A stretch of 64,000 nt of DNA, taken from contig NC_086108.1 of NCBI RefSeq assembly GCF_963921235.1, positions 59,522,001 through 59,586,000 of the forward strand. The letters run 5' to 3'. This stretch comes from Mobula hypostoma. Its lineage: Eukaryota. Positions 28,676 to 40,920 of the stretch are shown here, piece after piece. Positions within the stretch are counted from its first letter, which is position 1. Every line of letters begins with the position of its first letter. The notes under the pieces were generated by a model. The model did not search any database, was not told where the DNA came from, and saw only the letters and a list, made by a program, of their open reading frames with translations. The position numbers and the translations under genes are program-made.

Positions 28676-28748
28676 GGTTAGATTGATCTTAGAGTAGGTT
28701 AAAAGGTCGGCACAACATGGTGAGCTGAAGCACTGTATTTTCCTGTAA

Positions 28749-29064
28749 TTTTTTTTTAGGCATCCGTTAGTCTTACGAGACCATGGATCTGCGCCTGGAA
28801 AGTCTTCACTCTCCAGGGCGCAGGCCTGGGCAAGGTTGTATGGAAGACCAGCAGTTGCCCATGCTGCAAGTCTCCCCTCTCCACGACACCGATGTTGTCC
28901 AAGGGAAGGGCAAGGGCCGATACAGCTTGGCACCAGTGTTGTTGCAGAGCACTGTGTAATTAAGTGCCTTGCTCAAGGATACAACATGCTGCCTCGGCTG
29001 GGGCCTGAACTCACAACCTTCAGATAGCTGGTCAGATGCCTTAACCACTTGGCCACATGCCCAC
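28749..29064 (-). mobile_element. tRNA-derived SINE with a CORE-like central domain
   Basis: Minus strand has an A box (tggccaagtgg), a B box-like gagttcaggcc, a CORE-like tgtatccttgagcaaggcactt and an A tail. Flanked by cctgtaa at 28742-28748 and 29065-29071. Confidence 0.8.
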
Positions 29065-29169
29065 CCTGTAAAATTTATGTTCTATTTAAAGAAATAACAT
29101 GATTTGCATTCAATATATATTCCTTTACGGAACAAAGACACAACTGATATAGTGGACCAATAGTAGCTT

Positions 29170-30130
29170 GGCGAAAAATAAGGAGCCTTAAATTAAAGGA
29201 AAGAACTTATAATGTTGTTAGTAAATCTGAACTGGGAGAGTTTTAGAATTTAGCAATGGATGACCAAGAAATTGATAATGAAAAGGAAAGCAGAATTTGA
29301 GCATAATCTGGAGAGAAACCTAAAAACAGACGAAGAGTCCCTGTAGAAATGCCAGAAGGAAACAAAAAACCAGCAGATGTTCATTAAAGCCATAACAGGG
29401 AGAAATTATGGTGAAGAATGAGGAATTAAACAAATATATTTTGACAGTCTTTTCTGGAGAAGACACAAACAACCTTCTAGAAATGTTGGACAACTACGTG
29501 TCTTTTACAAATAAAGAATAGGAATGAATATTAATGAAAAAAATATTGTCGTGAAGCTAATGAGCCTAAAAACTGGCATATCTCATGAATCTAATGATCC
29601 ACATCCTAGATGTTTGAAGCTAATTATTCTGGATATCATCTTCTAAAATCCTATAGATTCTGGATTCAGTCCTGTAGGTTTTACATAGCAATTAGGATTC
29701 CACAATTGAAAAAAGGAATAGGGAGAGAAGAAATAGGGAAGTATTGAGTTGTTAGCCTGACATCAGTAATTGGAACAATGCTGGAATCTATAATAAAGAA
29801 TGCATGTCAAGAAAGTTAGAAAATAACATCATAACTGAGCATTCAACTTGGCGTTAAGAAAGGAAATCATGTTTGCCTAATCTGCTGGTAAAATTTGACA
29901 GTGTGCGTAGTAGTGTAAATAAGTATATTTATTTGGGTTTTGTTAAGATTTCCAAGAGGGCCCAATGGCCAAAGATGATGAACAAACTTATTGCACGGGG
30001 TATTAAAGGCAATATATTAGTATGGATTAAGGAATTATTAAAAGACAGAAAGCATAATGTCCTCCACATGGGTCCTCCTCAGCTTGACAGGTGTGAACAG
30101 TAGTGTCCCAGAGGGATTGCAAATAAGCTT
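29170..30130 (+). mobile_element. Very old CR1 ORF2 remnant
   Basis: Decayed motifs gttagcctgacatcagt (VSLTS) and aaatcatgtttgcctaat (KSCL.N), plus ORF 29873-30103 (GIKGNILVWIKELL). Confidence 0.65.
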
Positions 30131-31372
30131 CAAATGTTTATAACAGCCCCGATGATCTTGTGGACCCAACCAAATAATAACCTGCCCTGTATAAGGATCT
30201 AGTGCTTTCCTGATGTATATGACGATAAATTCTCCTTGGGCCTACCTGTACCCGGCTAGAAGTCCGAGAAGACTTTACTCGTAATCCTGCCCTGTAATTT
30301 CTTGTCAGTGGTGTTTATTTGTTGACTGACAGTCTGAATCAATTATGTAGACTGTTTAAAGAAACAAATAAGTTACTTACTATCTCAATCTCAATCTTCT
30401 ACTGTATGCTTGCCAAACTGCCACAAGATTGGGGTGACATCCCATTTTTTTGAGTGAGTGAAGTTTGTATTGTTTTCTTTGGGAAACGTGAACTCATGGC
30501 CTGCACCAGCACATTGGAACTACAATGTTGTCCCCATGGTTGCACGTGCAACAAGACTGGCAGCTCAACATTCCTGGGTTTCATTCCTATAGGCATGATA
30601 GAGAGGGGGGCAAAAGAGGTGGAGGAATTGATAAGGAAGAATATCACTGAGGTATTCAGAGAGGACACACTTGAAGGCTCATCTGCATAGGAAATTGGGT
30701 GGAGCTCCAAAATAAGAAAGGTGCAATTATGCTGATGCAATTATATTATAGGCCCCTCAACAGTCACTGAGAGGTGAAGGAACAGATACACAGAATTACA
30801 TTGTATGGAAAGATGCAGGGACAATAGGGAGGACTTTAACTTCCCAGTATTGACTGGAACTTCCTTAATACAACAAGCTTGGATGGGGTGGAATTTCTTC
30901 AGTGCATCAACAGGGGCTCTTGAATCAATATGTGGAGAGTCCAACTAGAGGAGCCAACATACAAATGGATGTTGGCTTTGAGAAGTGAGCCAGACAAGGT
31001 GACAGACCTGATAGTGGATGAACACCTGGGGAGTAGTGACCACAAATCATTGTTTTAGGATAATTATGGGAAAGGATCTAGTTGGATCTTGCAAGAAGCT
31101 ACTAAATTGGGGGAGGTCAAATTGTGATAGGATATGACAGGAGCAAAAGGATATTGACTAGGAATAGCTGCAGACCAGCTGATCAAATTTCAGGATTAAT
31201 ATGTTCTGAGAAGGAGTAAGGATAAGGATAGTAATGCAAGGGAACCTTGGATTATATTGTATGCCCTAAATTTAGTCAGGAAGAAAAAGGAAGCATATTT
31301 AAGTTTAGGAAACTAAAATCAGACTGAACCACGTAGAATATAAAGATAGCTGCAAAGTGCTCTAGCAGGTGA

Positions 31373-32650
31373 TGACATGGTCCGGAGCGGGATCCCTTTA
31401 AATTTAGCTTGTTTATGTTACGATCCGGACCGTTGATTCCCTGTTTTCCCGTGTCCCTCGACTTTGGTAATTAGAGGCAATTAACACTCGGCTGAACCGG
31501 TAGTTTATAGTCTCCAGCTTTCAGCCATTCGGTGCGGGAGCGTCTGCAAAGTCACGGTTTGCCAATGTCACCTGGCCGGAGCAAGCCTAGCCTCTGCTGA
31601 AGCGAGTGCCGGTAATTCGCCCTTCCTCACCAGAGCAACCCTGTCCAGTTACCTTGCCGAAGCGAGCCTGCAAAGTTTCCTCATCAAGGTGGGTCCGTCA
31701 GTTAACCCACCGGAGGGAATCAAGAACCGCTGCCTACTGTTCCCAGGCCGAGTGGAGAGCTCGCCACTACCTGGATGCTCCAAGTCAAGTCCTGGCTCCG
31801 GTGGCATTCAAGCACCAAATCAAGTCCTGGCCCTGGCGGCATTCAAGCTCCAAGTCAAGTCCTGGCCCTGGCGGCATTCAAGCACCAAATCAAGTCCTGG
31901 CCCTGGCGGCTTCCCAGTTCTGAGTCAAGTCCTGGCCCTCGCAGTCTGTGATTCCTGTCCTATCCCCTTGTCTGAATCCCTTCTCTGCCCCCCCCCACCT
32001 GCACTTCGGTCTAGTTCCATCATCAGAGCTAGATAGGTACTGTCTGATGTTCATCCGTGTTGGTCTTGTCTTGTCTTGTCCTTGCCTTCGTGGGGTAAAT
32101 CAGGCCGTCTTGCCATTGCCCCGCAGGGGGTCATGTCTTGTCTTGTCTTGTCTTCGCCTCCGTGGGGTAGGTCAGGCCATCTTGCTGTTGCCCTGTTGAG
32201 GGTCATGAGTCCCGGCCCTATGTCCTGTACCCAAGGAGGGGTCCCGGCTCTCTGTTCTGTGTATGTGTCCATGGTTCCATGTACCTGCTCTCCCAAGACC
32301 GAGGCTCTGTGTTCCCATGATCCTCCTCTCCCTAGCCCATGTCATGTCCATGCCTGGTTCTGGGGTCCGAGCCCGAGACAAGACCGAGGTACTGGGTCCT
32401 TGCCCAGTCTCGGACTCAGAGTCCGTACCCTAGCCTCTTCATGTCTCCTCTAGTTCTAGGAGCCGATTCCGAGTCCAAGCCCAGACCCTTGGTCCCAGCC
32501 TAGTCGTAGTCCTGAGTCCTAATCCTGTTCACTATTCCTGCTTCTGTCTTGCTCTCCTGGTATCGAACAATAAAATAAATTTAAGTAACCTCACAAGATG
32601 TGTCTTGCATTTGGGTCCACCCTTGCTCCCAATGCCCCGTCAGTGTGACA
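31373..32650 (+). mobile_element. Solo LTR, 1278 bp, 5-bp TSD GGTGA
   Basis: TG...CA termini, GGTGA at 31368-31372 and 32651-32655, AATAAA at about 32569, GC-rich interior with tandem repeats. Confidence 0.9.
31778..31940. repeat. 35-bp tandem repeat (about 4.5 copies) inside the LTR
   Basis: Units start at 31778, 31813, 31848 and 31883, with core caagtcctggccctggcggcattcaag. Confidence 0.9.
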
Positions 32651-33014
32651 GGTGATTAAAAAGGCCAAAAGGGGCAATGAAATGTCTTTAGTAAGCAAGG
32701 TCAAGGAGAATCCTAAGGCTTTTTAAGAAAAAGAGGATATTCTCATCAGTGCAAGTTGATGAGGTGGTTAAGAAGGTGTATGGAGTGTTAGCCTACGTTC
32801 GTTCGTCCATGAGGTTATCTTTCAGCTCAATATGACTCTGGTTAAATCACATTTAAAGTACTGCGTTCAGTTCAGGTTGTTTCATTATAGGGAGAATACG
32901 GAAGTTTTAGAGAGGGCTCAGAGGAGATTCACTAGGGCACTGCCTAGATTAGAGGACATCCCATGAGGATATACTGACCAAGCTACTGCTTTCATCTTTG
33001 GGGTGACACAGGCT

Positions 33015-33121
33015 GAGAGGTGACTTGATAGAGGTATGTAAGATGATGAGAGGTGACTTGATAGAGGTATGTACGATGATGAGAGGTGACTTGATAGAGG
33101 TATGTAAGATGATGAGAGGTG
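33015..33121. repeat. 33-bp tandem triplication within CR1 ORF2
   Basis: gagaggtgacttgatagaggtatgtaagatgat occurs three times (1 mismatch) plus a partial copy. Confidence 0.95.
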
Positions 33122-33989
33122 TAGACAGAGTGGACAGGCAGCACCATATTCTCAGGGTGGCAATGATCAATACCAGAGGACATGCACTTAAGGTGAGTGG
33201 TTGAAAATTTAAGGGCGATGGTAGCAGAAGGATTTTTACACAGAAAGTGGTGGCGGTTGAAATCACAGCAAGGGGTGGTGGTAGAGGAAAAAACACGAGG
33301 ATGGTATCGACTAGCACTAATTGCAATGTGCCAGCAAAACAGTTTTCATGTTCAGCTGTTCATTGTACTGCACTGTCCCCAAACTTCGTCAAAGTTAATG
33401 AGCTTTTCTGTCTGGGTGATTCTCTGTCATTAACAATTGGATCGGATCATCTTTGCAATAGTGGAAGGAATGTAGTCTGGAAAGTAAATAACCCAACCTA
33501 GTTATACATTACAGTATATGGCTGTTTCTAAATGATAGAGTAGGAGAGATATCATTAAAAAAAAGTGTGTGTGTCCCTGCTAGTTTAATAGGGTAGCACA
33601 TGTGTATTGGCTTTATGGCCTTATAGGCCGAGTAAGTGCAGGAGGCTCCTCCTGAGAGTGACTGATTTAGTGTGAAGCAGTAGTCAATGAGTACTAAAGA
33701 AAGATCTTAGCCCAAAACATCGATTATCTATTCATTTTCATAGACACTGCCTGACCTGTTGAGTTCCTCCAGCATTTTGTGTGTGTTGACTCAAAGAACA
33801 ACATTTTTGTGACTGGGTTCTGTAGCTTTCCTCCTGTTCTGTGTCCTTTCAAGATCCACAACAGTGAAGATAGTTGCATAGTGAACAGACCAGTGATTCA
33901 TTCATAAGCATGTTATGATCAGTCTGTCTGCGTGTGATATGATCAGTTTGTCACTTTGTCCGCATTTTCTTCCTACTTTAAACTTAGCA

Positions 33990-34700
33990 TGTTCTTAATG
34001 AAAGATATCTTTGAAGGGATCCCATAATGTCTGTGAGTCCAGTTCCTCCCCCTGCACTTCCCGGGGCAATGTGCGTGCCGGTATTCTGCTGGGATTTCCT
34101 CCAATACCCTTCATCATCTTCTTGCTCCTCACCTCCATCAGGCTTGGGATCTCTGTATTGCTCTTCCTCTGGAACAGCAGCTGTGTTTAGATAACTGGGT
34201 GGTGGGGTGGAGATACGTCTCTACCAAAGGAGGTGTAAGGTGCTCCTTCCCTCCGCTAGCCTGCAGGTCACCCTTGGGTAAGGTTAGCCCCTCGATCAGG
34301 CTCACAATCACAAGTCCTGGTCATGTGACCACTGATGCTAGGCAGACAATATTGATAATGACTAGGATCACCCATCTTATAAAGATACTGCCCAGAAGAA
34401 GGCAATGACAAACCATCTCTGTAGGAACATTTGCCAAGAGCAAATATAATGACAATGATGATGTTATGTAAAGATGCTTGCGTGTTCAAGCTAGCTTGAA
34501 CCTTCTGCATCTGCAGAGAGCCCAGACTGATGCAGGCATCAGGATCCACACTGAGAGGACCAATGGTGTTCTCCAACACTCTCCTGGTGTCTATGAGGCT
34601 CTTATTCTACATATGCTCAGGTCATGTCGGATTACCAAGTAGTGAGAAAAGCAGAGGTGACTTCACAACCAGGATCCATACCTCCGAGTAGCGCTGATCA
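33990..34700 (-). pseudogene. PIF/Harbinger transposase C-terminal relic, interrupted by a SINE
   Basis: Minus-strand translation gives NPT*PEHM*NKSLIDTRRVLENTIG.L ... SLQ..KV...LHN (Harbinger N..H..TR..IE..IG.LK...LHN pattern). An acidic tail PEEEQ..GEEQEDDE follows beyond the SINE. Confidence 0.65.
34192..34462 (+). mobile_element. SINE-like element with an RTE/Bov-A-like tail
   Basis: Tail agaaggcaatgacaaaccatctctgtag..ttgccaaga with a (gat)n end. The tail region recurs at 34792-34911. Confidence 0.6.
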
Positions 34701-34914
34701 GAAAAAAAATATCTGGCAGATAAATCTTCCTGAGAATGAACCTTAAACTATACCCTCTATTTTTAAATTCACGGACTGTGGGAGAAAATATCTGACGCTA
34801 GGCTGACAATATTGATAATGACTGAGATCACCCGTCTTGTAAAGACACTGCCCAGAAGAAGGTAATGGCAAACCACTTCCGCGGAAACATTTGCCAAGAA
34901 CAAATATGGTCAAA

Positions 34915-35400
34915 TAAGTTGGCCATTCAGCTTATTTACGCCTTTCATGATTGCATAGACCTCCATAATGTCACCCCTGAGCCTCGTTTGCTCAAGGGAA
35001 AATAGTCCCAGTCTGCCAGCAGCTCTTTATAACCCAGCCCTTCAGTCCCAGTAACATCCTTGTGAATCTTTTCTGAAGCTTTTCCAACTTGAAGACGTCT
35101 TTCCCAACTCCTGTAGAAAATACTTGATCTAAGAAGGCAAGCGCTCAAAATGACTTCTTCATCACCCTGTCCCCATTTTAAGGGATTTATGTACCCGTAA
35201 ACCTTAAGGCTCTTCATTCTACAACATTCCTCAGAGTCATACCATTTACTCTGTAAGCCCTGCCCTAGGTTAACTTGCCAAAGTACAACACCTCACACTT
35301 GTCCAAGTTAAATTCCATCTGTTATTCTTAGGCCCACTTCACCAAGTTGATCTAGATCCTATTGTAATCATAGACCTCCCTCTTCACTGACTACTAAACT
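34915..35400 (-). mobile_element. CR1 fragment
   Basis: Antisense CR1 ORF2 C-terminal motifs (ccaaagtacaacacctcacactt; ORF 34945-35217). Confidence 0.7.
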
Positions 35401-37011
35401 AACAATTACAATTTAGTTAATCTAGGTCTTTTTTATTTTGTGTATTTAAATAATTTTAATTAAGTATCTTTGTTTTAATTAAGTTCAAAAGAACTTCTAT
35501 GAATTTTAAAATTTACAAGAGTTTTTGATTGTTACTGAAATTCAAAAATGTTCAGTGCATTTGCTTTTCCAGCATAGATGACTGTTGTTTTCAGCACTTG
35601 TACATCAGCCTTGTTCCAGTCATCCCCATATGTTGGAGTTAGGTCAGGGAGGAATTGCACTGTCACACAGTTTCTCACTCGGACTTCTGGACATGAGCCT
35701 ACACTTGAAGTTTGTGCTGGGAGAATCGTAGAACATCAGAACAAATTTCATAGAGTTATATAGAATTACAGTACAGAAATAGATCCAATGACCCATCAAA
35801 TCCATGCTGATATTAAACTTCTATTTACAGCATTCTTACCTTAACTACATCATGGGGCAAAGGACCTGTACTGTACTGTTCTATGTTCTATAACTAAGAC
35901 AAATCAAGGATAAAGGTGGGAGTTTCTGTTTAGAGTCAGAGCAATTGGTTTAGGAATTAAATGAGCACTTTGTGTTGGTATTTACCAAGGAAATGAAACT
36001 TTAGGTTAGTGAAGGCACAGTGTAGTATACTGATATGCTGGGACATTTTGAGATTAAGGAAAAGGTAGTGCTCTGTCTTCTGAAAAGCAGTAAGATGGAC
36101 AAATCCCCCAAGGAGTTGATGGCATATATCCCAGAATATTGAAAGAAGCAAGTGAGGAGATTGCTGTAGCTTTGTCGAAGATTTTTGTGTCCTTACTAGA
36201 AACAGCCAAGGTCCCAGAGGACTGGAGAGTAGCAACTCGTGTGCTTTTGCTTGTGAAACAAAATAGGATTAATCTAGGTAGTTAAAGATCAGTGAGCCTT
36301 GTCGGTGGTAGAGAAGGTTTTGGCGAGGATACTAAGAGATTGGATTTATGCACATTTGGAAAGGCAATATGGAATTTGTGCTGGGCAGGTCATGTCTCGT
36401 TAAAATTGACTGAGATTTTTGAGGATGTGATTAAGGAACTTGATGAGGGACATTATCTACATCAACCACAGTAAAGTATTTGAAAAGGTCCCTCATGAAG
36501 ATAATTCAGAAGATAAAGATGTATGGGATTTAGGACTGGGTTACCATAGAAGACACACAGTATGCATGGAATACAGTTTAACTTACTGGAGGTCTGTGAC
36601 TAGTAGCGTACATCAAAGATTGGTGCTAGGGCCTCTGTTGTTTGTAACATACAGTATATGAATGATTGGGATGAAAATGTAAATGGATCCTTTAGCAAGT
36701 TTATGGATGGAAATGATTGGTGCAGCTGTGGACTGTGTAAAGAATAATCCAAGAATTATCCTTTATATGAGATATAGATCAGTCACAGGCAGGGGCAGAG
36801 AAGTGGCAAATGGAGCTTATTCCAGGCAAGTGTGAGGTGTTGCTCTTTGGGAGGTCAAATGTATATGGTTTAGACCCCTTAATAACAATAAGAAACAGAG
36901 AGATCTTGGGGTCCAGATTGATTATTAACTGAAAATGGCGACACATGTGGGAACATACATCAAAGTTGCTGGTGAACGCAGCAGGCCAAGCAGCATCTAT
37001 AGGAAGAGGCG

Positions 37012-37049
37012 CAGTCGACGTTTCAGGCCGAGACCCTTCGTCAGGACTA
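37012..37049 (-). ncRNA. Minimal type I hammerhead ribozyme motif (Penelope-associated)
   Basis: Minus strand UAGUC-CUGACGA-A-GGGU(CUCG)GCCU-GAAACGUC^GACUG has the core boxes, helix I UAGUC/GACUG, helix II and a palindromic ACGU in place of helix III. Confidence 0.85.
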
Positions 37050-37346
37050 ACTGAAGGAAGAGTGAGTAAGGGATTTGAAAGCTGGAGGGGGAGGGGGAGA
37101 TGCAAAATGATAGGAGAAGACAGGAGGGGGAGGGATAGAGCCGAGAGCTGGACAGGTGATAGGCAAAAGGGGATACGAGAGGATCATGGGACAGGAGGTC
37201 CGGGAAGAAAGACAAGGGGGGGCGGGGTGACCCAGAGGATGGGCAAGAGGTATATTCAGAGGGACAGAGGGAGAAAAAGGAGAGTGAGAGAAAGAATGTG
37301 TGCATAAAAATGAGTAACAGATGGGGTACGAGGGGGAGGTGGGGCC

Positions 37347-38035
37347 TTAGCGGAAGTTAGAGAAGTCAATGTTCATGCCATCAGGTTGGAGGCTACCCAG
37401 ACGGAATATAAGGTGTTGTTCCTCCAACCTGAGTGTGGCTTCATCTTTACAGTAGAGGAGGCCGTGGACAGACATGTCAGAATGGGAATGGGATGTGGAA
37501 TTAAAATGTGTGGCCACTGGGAGATCCTGCTTTCTCTGGCGGACAGAGCGTAGATGTTCAGCAAAGCGGTCTCCCAGTCTGCGTCGGGTCTCACCAATAT
37601 ATAAAAGGCCACATCGGGAGCACCGGACGCAGTATATCACCCCAGTCGACTCACAGGTGAAGTGATGCCTCACCTGGAAGGACTGTTTGGGGCCCTGAAT
37701 GGTGGTAAGGGAGGAAGTGTAAGGGCATGTGTAGCACTTGTTCCGCTTACACGGATAAGTGCCAGGAGGGAGATCAGTGGGGAGGGATGGGGGGGACGAA
37801 TGGACAAGGGAGTTGTGTAGGGAGCGATCCCTGCGGAATGCAGAGAGAGGGGGGTAGGGAAAGATGTGCTTAGTGGTGGGATCCCGTAGGAGGTGACGGA
37901 AGTTACGGAGAATAATATGTTGGACCCGGAGGCTGGTGGGGTGGTAGGTGAGGACCAGGGGAACCCTATTCCTAGTGGGGTGGTGGGAGGATGGAGTGAG
38001 AGCAGATGTACGTGAAATGGGGGAGATGCGTTTGA
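37347..38035 (-). pseudogene. Penelope GIY-YIG endonuclease domain (uninterrupted frame, no own start or RT)
   Basis: GVIYCVRCSRCGLLYIGETRRRLGDRFAEH...LEEQHLI..LGSLQPDGMN, preceded by the Cys-rich linker CKRNKCYTC. Confidence 0.92.
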
Positions 38036-40920
38036 GACACATGTGGGAAGAGCAGTTAAGAAGCCATCTAACACATATGCCTTCATTAGCAGGGGGTTGA
38101 ATATAAAAGAAATGAAATCATGCTACAGATGTATAAAACTTTAGTCAGACTGCATTTGTATTACATCTAGTTCTGAATGCCCCATTAAAGGATGAATGTG
38201 GAGACTGTGAAGAGGATACAGAAAAGGTTTGCCAGGATTCTGCTTGTATTAGAAGATATGAGCTATAAGGAAAAGTTATACAAGTTTGTGTTGTTCTCTC
38301 CAGAGCATCAGGGGCTGAGGGGAAGCTTGATAGATGCTTTTAAAATTATGAAAGGCATAGATGTGGTAGACAGTCAGAATTGTTTCCTTAGGGTAGAAAT
38401 GCCAAATATCAGAGGACAGGCCTTTAATATTAGAGTGGAAATATTTAAAGGTGCTGTGAGGGCAATTTTTTAAAGTGAGTGTTACGTGCCTGGAATAGTT
38501 TACTAGGATTAGTAGTGGAAGCAGGCAGTTTGGTGGAGTTTAAGAGGCTTTTAGGTAGACAGATAAAGGGAATGGAGGGATATGGATGATAGAACATTCA
38601 GTACAAATTGCCATCAAGACTGTCACAACATCATGGGCCCGAATGGCCTGCCTAATGCTGTAGTGTTCTATGTCCCATGTTTTCCCTCTTTTTCTGTTCT
38701 GCTTCTGTTTGAACATTTCCCTTGTTTCTTTTTTCTGACTCTGCCTCGGAGTGGCCAACAAATAAAACCCCATTCATGACTAAACTGTTATAAGGAGATG
38801 CTGCCTTAAAGTGGGGCAGCAGCCTGATCCAAATTGATTGTGTGAGCCAAAATCCAATTGCCAATATGGCAGCCTTCTGCAACCAACCCCCGTGCTTGTC
38901 CAAAAAGCTAGTGTTAGGTACAAACATGAAGACACAAGAGACTGCAATGCTCCAATCTTGAATAATAAAAACAAATGACTGGAAGAACTCATGTCAGGCA
39001 GTACCTAGGGAGACTCTACAGATACTGCCTGACCTGTTGAGTTCCTCCAGAAGTTTGTTTTTTTGCTCCAGGTAATATAATCCTGGGTTCCCCTCACTTC
39101 AAATGTGGTTCTGATTTATTTTTATTTTGTAGTTCACTTTACCTGACTTTCAGTCCATTCTCCGAAACAACTTTGTCCCTCGGGACCTTATTTTGTGTTC
39201 ACTGCTGCACTGCAATTAGCAATCTACAATTGACATACTGATCCATATCCATCAAGGATTATGGCATGAAAGCTACCCCTGGAGGGCATCAGTATGAGAT
39301 CAGAGTGCTCAACTCAGCATGGCTTCCATTGCCAAGTATGAAAAATCAAGCAGTCCATGTGGGATCCTGTCGTTAATTTGACAGTAGAAAAGAACCTAGA
39401 GAGATTATATTCAGGAACCTCTTGCTTTGGCCATAGTTATAAAATGCAAGGCTAACTCCAATCAGAGCACCGAAAAAGGAAACTGAATCTATTTTTTTTC
39501 AACCTCTGTCCTCACACGGAGAGACTGTCAATAATTCTATGGTATGCAGCAAGGGGTCACTTTTAAGTTATAGATATACAACACTAAAACAGGTCCTTTG
39601 ACTAGTTAAGTCTCCACTAAACATTAACCGCCCATTTGCACTAAACCAATATTAACCATCTTTTAAAATTATTGAAATTGGTATTAATTTTTGTTAATGC
39701 CCATAAAATGAACTTGGTAAACCTAACCATTCCACTTATATTGCTAGACCTAACGAAACTAAAGTAGGTGAACTTCGGTGCCGGCCTGTTTTAGTAAATA
39801 ATTGATTTTGATGCGAAAATTAGGGACCTGTATGGCTTAATTTTAAGTTAAGTTTGCTTGAAGTTCAACCATTTTGAATTGAAATTCTACCATTTTGAAT
39901 TGAAATTCTACCAAGGATACATCAAATAAATTTAAAATTATCATTTGAAGGACCAGAAGATGCAAGGTCGGTTGACAATGCCTCCTATTTTAAGTGATTA
40001 TTCCTCATCCCAGCTTTAACACTGCAGTTGAAAGGTCATAATCATTCACTCCTCTGGAGTTGACTTCAAAATATTGTCAAAAACTCCATGGAAAGAAAGA
40101 CCTATTCTCCATGATAACCAGGCACCAGAAATAAAATTCGGTTCGAGTTTTACAATCCCATCTTGTATGATTGTATGACGTGAAATACTGCAGCCAATGT
40201 AACTCCAAAAAAAGAAGAGGGGTCAAACAATGAATAGCTTGAGATAATTATAGAAAAAATAAACCGTTTAGAAAAAGATAAAATTGAAAGCTAAGGAATC
40301 ATTGGATATTGATTTCTGGTGCCCCAAACTGCTGAATAAACACAGTAATATCAAAGGCTCTGGCCACAGGTTTTTAACTAATTAGAAAGGTAAATTGCTC
40401 TTTGGGGCTAAAGGATAATTGATAGAGCTGATTGTTTGAGATGAGAGAAAAATTAAACCAGGTATCTGTAAACTAATTAATTTAATTGGTTCTGTGTGAG
40501 CTCTTAAAATCCACAATTTGAGATAACATTTCTGAATATTTAAAAAAGTGCAAATTTAAACAAGGGCAGCCAGCATAGCCTAGTTAAAGACAAATTACTG
40601 TTAATTAACTTAAGTGAGTTTTTCATAAGAATTGACTGATTAGATAAATAAATGGAGGTTGTTGGTTGTTGGAAGAATGAATTGAGAAAACATTTGATTA
40701 CATGTTTGGTTATAGGCACATTAAAATATTCTGAGAAAATGTGGATAAATAAGTACTACAATTTGATTGACAGGAATTATACATTTTATTGAAGCAGACA
40801 TTTTTGCTATTCATTTTCATAACATGGGCACTACTGGTAGGGCCAGCAGTTATAGCCCATTGCTTGTTGTCCTTAGAAGCTGGTATTGAGCTGCATTCTT
40901 GAACTGGTGCAGTCCTAATT

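Larger units (their letters stand above)
30560..33330 (+). mobile_element. Old CR1 fragment interrupted by a solo LTR
   Basis: APE remnants (gactttaacttccc, agtgaccac) lie before the LTR and C-terminal remnants after it. The reading context rejoins across the LTR. Confidence 0.75.
36954..38035 (-). mobile_element. Penelope-like element (Neptune-type), 5'-truncated, 14-bp TSD
   Basis: GIY-YIG ORF, pyrimidine-rich 3' region and a hammerhead motif. gacacatgtgggaa is duplicated at 36940-36953 and 38036-38049. Confidence 0.93.
35895..38675 (+). mobile_element. Old CR1 ORF2 plus 3' UTR, split by a Penelope insertion
   Basis: Motifs VLGPLLFV, aagtgtgaggtgttgctctttgg, ORF 38192-38473 (KRIQKRFARIL) and a CR1 tail at about 38640-38675. 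Confidence 0.8.

Noticed and set aside
28990..29064. tRNA gene
   Set aside because: The A and B boxes are followed by a CORE-like body and an A tail with a TSD. It is a SINE head with no complete cloverleaf.
31778..31940. CRISPR-like array of about 35-bp repeats
   Set aside because: The units are contiguous with no unique spacers, lie within a eukaryotic LTR, and no cas genes are present.
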